Positions 56,831 to 64,000 of a DNA stretch of 64,000 bases are shown in pieces. The DNA is from Thermoproteota archaeon. GTDB lineage: Archaea > Korarchaeota > Korarchaeia > Korarchaeales > Korarchaeaceae. Under the pieces are notes generated by a model, which saw only the letters and a list, made by a program, of their open reading frames with translations, was not told the origin of the DNA and made no database searches. Made by a program: the position numbers and the translations under genes. The stretch is taken from the NCBI GenBank assembly GCA_027492205.1, contig JAOZFN010000014.1, forward strand, positions 32,001 through 96,000, read 5' to 3'. Each line of letters opens with the position of its first letter. Position 1 is the first letter of the stretch.

Positions 56831-57643
56831 TCAGATCGCCCCCTCCCTCATGGCCCTCCTCTCGCCCGCCTCGATCACCAGGCCGGAGGCGGAGTTGTAC
56901 AGCGCGGTCATGGCCACCAGGGCCCCGATGAGCAGGGTGACCCGCCTCAGCTCCGGCGACCCGATGAGCGCGGCCACCCGCGCCAGCTCGATCGTGTAGG
57001 TTGAGGGCAGGATCGCGGAGATCAGCTGGGCCCACCTGGGCAGCAGGTACGCCGGGTAGAATGCGCCTGAGAACAGCAGGATCAGGGGATTCAGGAAGCT
57101 GAGTACGTTGCTCTCCTCCTTTATCGAGAGGAGGAACGAGGCGAAGAGCGCCGCAAATCCCAACAGGGGGAGCATCCCCACGGTCGCCGCCAGCGCCATG
57201 ACCCCCAGCTTCAGCGTCCCGACGGAGAGGCCCTCGACCGCCAGCACGAGGGGGGCGAACTCGGCCAGCTGTATCGCCGCGGTCATCAGGTATCTGGGCA
57301 CGTACGTGAACACGAGAGTGACTGACGTCCTGTTCGGAGACAGGAGGACGTAGGGGAGCGTGCCAATCCACCTGTGGTGGAGCACGCTCCCCCCGACACC
57401 CCACATGACGTCTAGGGAGACCATCATCGCCAGCGTGGAGGCGACGAAGTAGGTTAGGGGGTTCACGGGCAGGCCCACGTTCTGCCTGAAGGCCTGCGCG
57501 CTGCCGAACATGGCCCCCATGCCCAGGATGAGCCCCAGGGTCAGGTATGGCCAGATCAGCATGGAGACGAAGGCGGACCTGTTGTTCTTGAAGAAGTACA
57601 GGTCGAGCACGATCCCGGACTTCAGGAGCGTCTTGACCCCCAC
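56831..57643 (-). CDS. ABC-2 type exporter permease
   Basis: GTLPYVLLSP and FSGAFYP...LP.W...IS..LP.TY motifs. Confidence 0.9.
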   Translation of the reverse strand: MGVKTLLKSGIVLDLYFFKNNRSAFVSMLIWPYLTLGLILGMGAMFGSAQAFRQNVGLPVNPLTYFVASTLAMMVSLDVMWGVGGSVLHHRWIGTLPYVLLSPNRTSVTLVFTYVPRYLMTAAIQLAEFAPLVLAVEGLSVGTLKLGVMALAATVGMLPLLGFAALFASFLLSIKEESNVLSFLNPLILLFSGAFYPAYLLPRWAQLISAILPSTYTIELARVAALIGSPELRRVTLLIGALVAMTALYNSASGLVIEAGERRAMREGAI

Positions 57644-57660
57644 GGTACCCCCCCCAAGAC

Positions 57661-58677
57661 TCAGAAGCCCGTCCGACCGGTCAGCTGGACGAAGACATCC
57701 TCGAGCGTCGGCTCGCTCACCTCGACCCTCCTTATCCCGCACCTCATCGAGTGGAGAAGGCTCAGCACCCTGGAGGTGGTCTCTTCCACCCGCTCCGGGG
57801 GCTGGACGATCTTCAGCCTCACAGTCCCATTCTCCGGGAACGCGTCAGCGGGCGAGTCCACCTCCCCCCTCACCCTGGCCAGGAGCCCGTCGACCCTAAC
57901 GTGCGCCGGCGGGGTGACCACGATCTCCAGTGAGACGCGGTCGGACACCCTCCTCTTGAGCGCCTCCACGGCGTCAAGGGCGATGATCCTGCCCTGGTTG
58001 ATTATCGCTACGCGATCGCACACTATCTCGGCCTCGAACATGTTGTGGGTCGTCACCAGCACGGTCTTCCCCTCGTCGTGGGCTATCCTGACGAGGAGCT
58101 CCCTGAGGGTCCTCGCCGAGGGAGGATCAAGTCCGAGGGTCGGCTCGTCCAGTATGAGGACGTCCGGGTCGGTCAGCAGGGCCCTGGCTATGCTCAGCCT
58201 GGCCTTCATGCCCAGCGAGTACTCCTCGTAGAGCTTGTCCTCCACGCCAAGGTCGGTCAGCCCGACCAGCCCCAGCACCTCCTCCACCCTCTCCCTGAGC
58301 CTGCGCCCGTCCATGCCGTAGAGCATGCCGAAGTAGGTGAGGTTCTCCCTGCCCGTGAGCTTCCAGAAGAAGCCCTTCTCGACGGTGAGGGAGACGCCGA
58401 TCCTCCTCCTCACATCTGGCGCCTGCTCCACCACGTCGTACCCGAGGACGCTCGCCCTCCCGCCGTCGGGCAGGAGGAGGGTGCAGAGGATCTTCACGGT
58501 GGTGGTCTTCCCGGCGCCGTTGGGGCCCAGGAGGCCGAACACCTCCCCACGGCGCACTTCGAAGGAGACCCCCTTGAGCGCCTCGACGACCCTCCTCTCT
58601 CGCCTGAACATCCCCCTCCGCAGGTAGGTCGTGTACCTCTTCTCCAGGTCGCGCACGCTTATCGCGGCCTCAGACAT
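57661..58677 (-). CDS. ABC exporter ATP-binding protein
   Basis: GPNGAGKTT, YSLGM, LILDEPT, TTH and PTLEDVF motifs. Confidence 0.95.
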   Translation of the reverse strand: MSEAAISVRDLEKRYTTYLRRGMFRRERRVVEALKGVSFEVRRGEVFGLLGPNGAGKTTTVKILCTLLLPDGGRASVLGYDVVEQAPDVRRRIGVSLTVEKGFFWKLTGRENLTYFGMLYGMDGRRLRERVEEVLGLVGLTDLGVEDKLYEEYSLGMKARLSIARALLTDPDVLILDEPTLGLDPPSARTLRELLVRIAHDEGKTVLVTTHNMFEAEIVCDRVAIINQGRIIALDAVEALKRRVSDRVSLEIVVTPPAHVRVDGLLARVRGEVDSPADAFPENGTVRLKIVQPPERVEETTSRVLSLLHSMRCGIRRVEVSEPTLEDVFVQLTGRTGF

Positions 58678-58892
58678 CCAATTCACCCCTCTGGGGCTCC
58701 CGGGCCCTGAACCCCCGGCGCGCAGATATATCGGTTCTGAGCACATGTGAGCGCGGCTCCACTCGAGACGCCGCGTTAACCCCGCGATCTCTCCACGCCG
58801 GTCACTTGCCCCCTACCAACCCAGAACCTCTCATCCCCAGCTCAGTCCTCACTTATGGGAGTCCGTACCTCTCTCCGGGTCCGCAGCCTCAA

Positions 58893-59810
58893 CTATTCGA
58901 ACTCCACCACAAACCCAAGCCTCTTGAGCGCCCTGATCGCCCTACGGAGGTCTCCCTCTTTAACGAGGATGTGGTCGGTGGAGTAGGAGGAGAAGGCCAG
59001 CAGGCTCACGCCCTCGTGCGCCAGGGCGTTTGACACGGCGGCCATGAACCCGACCAGGGTGAAGGGCAGCTCCATGGAGAAGGTCAGCAGCCTGAAGCCG
59101 CACTCGACATCTCCTTCAGGTCGATCCGGGAGCAGATCCCTCCTCGCCACCACGGTCAGCTCCCTGCCGTCGCGCAGGACTGCGAAGGCCCCCTCCACCG
59201 GTTCCTCAAGCCTGGCCACGCAGTACTCCCCCGACCTGACGAGGACCCGCCCCCGCTCGATCAGCTCCCTGAGTCGACCGGTGGCCCTCCTCAGCCTGGC
59301 CCCCAGCAGCCTCCCGAGGACCGCCACGTCGGAGTTGGCACCGCCCTCCCACCTCGTCAGCTCAATCGTGTTGAGGAAGTCGTAGCCGGCCGATACGAAG
59401 AAGTCGAGGGCCTCGTCGTTGGCCGGAATGACGCTGAGGAAGATGGAGTCTGCGCCCCACCTGTTTCGGGCCTCTCTCTCGGCCTCCCTCAGGAGGAGCC
59501 TCCCGAGGCCACTCCCCCTGCGGTCGGGCCTCACGTAGATCTCCCTCAGGAAGACGGCTCCCTCGTGCTCCTGAAGCCTGGCGAATCCCTCGGCCCTCCC
59601 GGACTCCTCGAGGATCAGGACCACAGAGGTCTCGTCTGAGAGGGCCCTCCTCGCCGTGCTCCTTCCCCACTCCAGGCTCTTGGGCGGAGAGCCCAGGAGC
59701 CGAGCGTGGTGGGTGTAGAAGTCGGCCAGCATCTCAGCCAGCGCCGTCTCGTCCCCCGCCCCGGCCCGCCTCACGGAGATTCCTGGTGGATTGCCCTCCC
59801 CGCGCGACAA
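58893..59810 (-). CDS. GNAT acetyltransferase fused to a CASTOR-type ACT domain
   Basis: IYVRPDRRGSGLG; C-terminal ELTVV and LVGFMAAVS.ALA..GVS..AFSSYSTDHILVK. Confidence 0.85.
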   Translation of the reverse strand: MSRGEGNPPGISVRRAGAGDETALAEMLADFYTHHARLLGSPPKSLEWGRSTARRALSDETSVVLILEESGRAEGFARLQEHEGAVFLREIYVRPDRRGSGLGRLLLREAEREARNRWGADSIFLSVIPANDEALDFFVSAGYDFLNTIELTRWEGGANSDVAVLGRLLGARLRRATGRLRELIERGRVLVRSGEYCVARLEEPVEGAFAVLRDGRELTVVARRDLLPDRPEGDVECGFRLLTFSMELPFTLVGFMAAVSNALAHEGVSLLAFSSYSTDHILVKEGDLRRAIRALKRLGFVVEFE

Positions 59811-60007
59811 GCCCCCTCACCCCAAGAGACATCGTCGCCCTCCTCCCCCCCAGCCGACCGTGAGGATATAAGAGCCCCCACTCTACAGCGCCTCCCGCCG
59901 AGAGGGGGATCTTCGGTGCGGGGACGCCTCGGGAGACGCCTCACCGACAGAGGACAACCTCGCCGCGGGCGGGCTCCCGCGCGGCTCTCCAAAAAGCTCG
60001 GCGCGGC

Positions 60008-60328
60008 CTAGGCGACTCTGACGCCCTTCCTCCTGGCCTCTTCTATCAGAGCCCTGTAAGTCTCGTTGTCGGCCACTATCAGGTCAAGCGGAACCCCCAG
60101 GTCTAAGAGGGCATCCACCTCGTCTCTGAGTAGCTCAAACAGGTCAACCTTCCCGAACTCCTTTGGAACCACTATCAGGTCCAGGTCGCTCTCGCCCCTG
60201 ACCGCCGACCCATCGACGACCGATCCGAAGATGTACGCCTCCCTAACCCTGCCCCTGAGCTTCCTCCTCAGCGAGTCGATCACTCCCTCAAGGTCCCGGA
60301 GGGAGACCAGCCTCACATCCTCTGGCAC
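60008..60328 (-). CDS. Minimal nucleotidyltransferase
   Basis: AYIFGSVVDG.A..GESDLDLIVV. Confidence 0.88.
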   Translation of the reverse strand: MPEDVRLVSLRDLEGVIDSLRRKLRGRVREAYIFGSVVDGSAVRGESDLDLIVVPKEFGKVDLFELLRDEVDALLDLGVPLDLIVADNETYRALIEEARRKGVRVA

Positions 60329-60329
60329 G

Positions 60330-60692
60330 CTACTCCCCCACCTTGGCCAGGAGTTCCCTGTAGACCTCATCGATTCTATCTAGGTCCTCCTCCGAGATCG
60401 AGGGGACCACCCCGTAGTCTCCCCTCTCCCTCAGGGATTGTATCCTCGCGATGGCCCTCACCAACCTCTCCTGCAGGCCCAGCCGCTCTCGCGACGCCCA
60501 CATCCTAGAGATCAGGCTAGCGTGCGTCTTCGGGATCGGCTCGCCGTGCTTTAAGAGCAGGGCTCTTGACAGGTGCAGGATCGCATAATACCCTCGGGAG
60601 GCGGCGTCCTCCAAGAGCCCCTCGCGCCCGAGTATTGAAAAGGCCCTGTGAGCCTTCCGGGCCCTCTCAACGTGAAGTTCGTAGTCCTCCAA
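60330..60692 (-). CDS. HEPN domain protein
   Basis: AASRGYYA, PKTHASL and LRERGDY motifs. Confidence 0.9.
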   Translation of the reverse strand: MEDYELHVERARKAHRAFSILGREGLLEDAASRGYYAILHLSRALLLKHGEPIPKTHASLISRMWASRERLGLQERLVRAIARIQSLRERGDYGVVPSISEEDLDRIDEVYRELLAKVGE

Positions 60693-60765
60693 ACCACTCC
60701 AACCTCCTCTTGCTGAGGTAAATAAACGCTCAGCTTGACCAGCTCGACTCTCCGCGCGGCGAGCC

Positions 60766-63594
60766 TCAGCTCCGACCGGAACCTCGTCTCACCGTCTGCA
60801 GTCGCTCCGTCTCGATCACCCGCGTTTGAGTTTCCGGTGAGGCTTGGAGGCGCGCCTGCAGGCTGGTCCCGCGATCGGCACCCCCACGGGCCCCCACCGG
60901 GTGGACCCTCCCGACCCCCACGCCGGCTCTCCCTCCCGGCTCGTAGACCGGGCCCCACGGGTGCGTCCTCCAGGGGTCCCAGAGCCAGGCCAGCAGGAGG
61001 GACGCCATGAAGCCGCTCGTCGAGAGGATGGCGTGCTGCTTGCCTGTGGCGAACTGACCGACGGGGTTCCCCTCGTACCAGAAGTACCTGGACCCGTAGA
61101 GGAACTGCTGCAGGGCGACCTGCAGGTAGGTCTGGTTGCCCGAGTACTCCCAGGCGTAGACGAAGGCGTCGCTTATCACAAGCATCCAGGCGTTGGCCCC
61201 GCCTCCGGGCGACCAGTCGCTGACCCTGCCGTCGCCCCACCACCTGTAGACGAAGTGGGGCCCGGAGAAGGCGTCGTCTCCCACGCGGTGGTAGGCGTAC
61301 CTGAGCATCCACCTCGCGTACCCCAGCAGGGAGCTCTTGGCGGCCTGGTCCGTCCTCCCTCTGGTCCACCTGATCAGGTCCAGGTACTCCCCCAGCGCCA
61401 CCATGAGCATGGCCTGCTGCCAGGGGGCCACGGACCTGCCGGCCATCCCCTCCGAGGGCCCGGAGGCGTACCACCTGCGGTCGAAGTGGGACTCCTCGAC
61501 CACCCTCCCCGCCGCCTGGAGGAACCTCTCATCCCACGTGGCCTGGTAAGCCGCCAAAAGGATCATTAGGGCGTTGGCCGGGGCCCTGGCCTCGTCGCCC
61601 GTGGTCCCGCTGTATCCCGGCTCACCGGGGCCGTTCGTCACCCTCCAGTAGGCGTTCTCCGACAGCTCCATCGCGGCCTCCCAGGCGGGGCGGTAGCCTG
61701 TCAGGTAGTAGTACAGGAAGAGGCCCCTCGCGAACTGAAACTCGAGGCTTGGAGAGGACCCCCTGTGGGGGTTCTCCAGCCCGGGCTCCCCGTGGGGGGT
61801 GTGCCAGAACATGCCTCCCCAGCTCCACCTGATCCAGTAGGAGGAGGGCTGGGATGGGTCGCCCCAGTGGACGTGGAGCACGTCCATGTCTGCGGTGTGC
61901 CTGGCCGCCTGCTCTCCCAGCAGCCACCACCTCCGCGAGTTCACGTCGTCCCCTCCCAGCAGCCTGAGGCTCTGGACCAGCATCCCGTACTCGAAGTCGT
62001 ACTGCAGGTTGCTCTGGCCGGTCCCGCCGTCCTCGTCCACCACCCTCACGTCCCCGAAGTGCATCCACCCGTAGAAGTCCACCCTCTCCCTGGCGTCGAA
62101 GAGGTTGTCCGCGTACGGGCCGGCAGTCCCGTTCACGGCCGCCAGGTTGTTCAGCTCGTAGCACGTCAGCCAGGGGTTCAGGGGCTGGTAGGGGGGCCAC
62201 CTCTCGTACAGCCCGTACTCCAGGTAGAGCTCCGCCGGGGCCCTGGCCTGCATGGGGTCCATCAGGCCCACGACCTCCCGGGCGCGCCCCTCGGTGAACC
62301 GGCCGGGGTGGAAGTTCAGGACGAGCTCGTGGGTCTTCCTCTCCCCGGCCCTGTGCTCGAAGGGCGCAGAGAACTGAGTCGGCATGAGGCCCACCCGGAC
62401 CTGCCCGGAGGGGAGGAGCTCGATCGAACTCGGGTAGCTCTCCCAGAAGTACCTCTTGCCGACCGTCAGGCCGAAGCCCTCGTATGACAGGTCGGCCCAG
62501 CCCTCCGACCTGTTCCCGCGGTGCAGATCCCTCTCCCCCACCCTCACCACGTACCCCCTGAAGCTGACCCCGGGCCACCTGTCCCAGTCCGGCCCGCCGC
62601 TCGAGTCCTGGTAGAGCAGCGCGGCGCCGGTCAGGTCGCCCCGCAGGATCCGTCCATCCGCGGGGACGGCGTAGGATGGGTCAGGCCCGCGGGTGAGGTT
62701 CAGCCTCAGCTCCACACCCTCGAACCTAACGGAGTTCGGGGACCCCAGCCTGAGGCAGTTAGGCTGCCCCGAGCCGTCGTTAAGACAGGGGAGCACGTTC
62801 TCCTCCGCGTAGTAGACTCTGAGGTAGCTCTTCCAGGCGAAGGCGTGGATCCTGAGCGTGTAGTTCAGGAGGGTGCCGCCCGCCGGGCTGACGTGCGATC
62901 CCCTGACCAGGATCGAGACCCTCAGCGGCCCGGCCTCCTCCACCTCAACCACCCTTCCCCCGAGGCCGGCCAGGTACTCCCCTCCGTCCTCCCCGACCAC
63001 GACCACGTCTCCCCCTTCGGCCACTTCAGCCTCGGGGAAGCCGTCCCCGTCGAGGTCGAGGCGGAAGGGTCCGAGCAGGGGGGAGCCGCTCCTCCCCACC
63101 TCGAAGCTCAGCGGGCCGGTGCGGACGATCAGGGCGTCGCCCAGGTCCTCGACCTCCAGGGGGGTGTCCACCCCCCGTGGTTGGGCGCCGGCCTCGAGAT
63201 AGTAGGTGGACTCTCCTCCAGCCTCGACGTCGGCCTGGAGATCCACGAGGACCCACCTCAGGCTCCCGTCGGCCCACCTGGCCAGCACGCTGAACTGGGC
63301 CGGAACCTCGAGCGCCGATCCTTCCAGCAGCCGCAACTCATCCACGTCCCAGGCCACCCCGGGCGGGAGGGGGACGCCCGACGACACGGGCTCCCCGCGC
63401 CTGTCCCATGGGAGCCAGTTCCTCACGGTCAGGGGGATCGCGTGGACGGGGCCCAAAACCTGCTTGGACGTCGGGCCGACGCACGCGGCCCCGGCGCGTA
63501 GGGGCGGCGATCCCCCCGGTGAGGCCTGGGGGACCAGGAGAAGGATCAGGGCGCCGGCGGAGAGGAGGCGGGACCTCACCTCACCATCCCACAC
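60766..63594 (-). CDS. Secreted PcRGLX/YetA-like (PL26-like) polysaccharide lyase
   Basis: RIFT-barrel motif EPVSSGVPLP.G...VPAQF..LARW.DGS.RWVL; EAGPLR; YGWMHFGD, N.QYD and H..D.D motifs; alpha-toroid C-terminus. Confidence 0.75.
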   Translation of the reverse strand: MWDGEVRSRLLSAGALILLLVPQASPGGSPPLRAGAACVGPTSKQVLGPVHAIPLTVRNWLPWDRRGEPVSSGVPLPPGVAWDVDELRLLEGSALEVPAQFSVLARWADGSLRWVLVDLQADVEAGGESTYYLEAGAQPRGVDTPLEVEDLGDALIVRTGPLSFEVGRSGSPLLGPFRLDLDGDGFPEAEVAEGGDVVVVGEDGGEYLAGLGGRVVEVEEAGPLRVSILVRGSHVSPAGGTLLNYTLRIHAFAWKSYLRVYYAEENVLPCLNDGSGQPNCLRLGSPNSVRFEGVELRLNLTRGPDPSYAVPADGRILRGDLTGAALLYQDSSGGPDWDRWPGVSFRGYVVRVGERDLHRGNRSEGWADLSYEGFGLTVGKRYFWESYPSSIELLPSGQVRVGLMPTQFSAPFEHRAGERKTHELVLNFHPGRFTEGRAREVVGLMDPMQARAPAELYLEYGLYERWPPYQPLNPWLTCYELNNLAAVNGTAGPYADNLFDARERVDFYGWMHFGDVRVVDEDGGTGQSNLQYDFEYGMLVQSLRLLGGDDVNSRRWWLLGEQAARHTADMDVLHVHWGDPSQPSSYWIRWSWGGMFWHTPHGEPGLENPHRGSSPSLEFQFARGLFLYYYLTGYRPAWEAAMELSENAYWRVTNGPGEPGYSGTTGDEARAPANALMILLAAYQATWDERFLQAAGRVVEESHFDRRWYASGPSEGMAGRSVAPWQQAMLMVALGEYLDLIRWTRGRTDQAAKSSLLGYARWMLRYAYHRVGDDAFSGPHFVYRWWGDGRVSDWSPGGGANAWMLVISDAFVYAWEYSGNQTYLQVALQQFLYGSRYFWYEGNPVGQFATGKQHAILSTSGFMASLLLAWLWDPWRTHPWGPVYEPGGRAGVGVGRVHPVGARGGADRGTSLQARLQASPETQTRVIETERLQTVRRGSGRS

Positions 63595-63707
63595 GCGCCG
63601 GGGGTCAGGACCTTGATAGCGTTTAGGACCGGGGGTATAGACCAGAAGTCGGGGGGCGCCGACGGGGCCTCGAATCGGGTTTTAAGTGTCCGCGCGGCGC
63701 GGCCCCC

Positions 63708-64000
63708 GTGGGCGGAAGGAGAGTCCTAGCCCTGCTGGCCGCGGCGCTGGCAGTCACCTCAGCCGCGGCGCTGGCGTGGCTCAGGGTCGCGGGCCCTCGA
63801 CGGGAGAGGGACGGCTTCTTCGGGATCACCGGGGTCGTCCGAGATCTCTCGCATCTCCGGGAGCTCGGGGTCGACGTGCACAGCTTCGGCTTCTTCGTGG
63901 GAGCGGACCCGGGATACGTCGGCTCCCCTCAGGAGAGGAGGAACACCAGGGTGATGAGGTGGGTGGTGGGGAACGGCTCCGAGCCGCTCGCGGCCTTCTG
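63708..64000 (+). CDS. Membrane-anchored or secreted protein, possibly a GH TIM barrel; 3'-truncated
   Basis: GTG start below TTTTAAG; MGGRRVLALLAAALAV...FFGITG...LRELGV; frame open to the window end. Confidence 0.55.
   Translation, partial: MGGRRVLALLAAALAVTSAAALAWLRVAGPRRERDGFFGITGVVRDLSHLRELGVDVHSFGFFVGADPGYVGSPQERRNTRVMRWVVGNGSEPLAAF

Noticed and set aside
1-64000. Integrated virus, plasmid or IS element
   Set aside because: No integrase, transposase, capsid or replication genes, terminal inverted repeats or att-site tRNA were recognised.

Overview
High-GC archaeal DNA, probably from a thermophilic Thermoproteota/Korarchaeota-like organism (AGG/ATA codon bias, T-rich TATA boxes about 25-30 nt before leaderless starts, HEPN-MNT pairs, deoxyhypusine synthase, a C/D-box sRNA). 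The taxonomy is inferred, not checked. The most notable region is 20.2-30.7 kb, which looks like an archaeal extracellular-matrix or biofilm locus. It contains a secreted fibre-subunit-like protein, a SipW/S26B-type signal peptidase fused in frame to a second internal signal peptide plus a paralog of that subunit and a lamin-tail domain, a two-domain secreted glycoside hydrolase, a processive GT2 polysaccharide synthase, an archaeosortase with an adjacent VPEVP-tailed target, and two paralogous membrane-spanning sensor/winged-HTH proteins. The window also encodes a Rieske/cytochrome b pair without cytochrome c1, sdhCAB without sdhD, a protoglobin, a DHS plus PLP-decarboxylase pair, an orphan SPPY methyltransferase, an ABC-2 exporter, large surface and secreted proteins (several decayed), four HEPN-MNT modules and one VapBC module. 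A canonical C/D-box guide RNA lies at 40561-40620. No rRNA, tRNA, CRISPR array or transposase was recognised. All family assignments come from motifs recognised by eye; no database searches were run.
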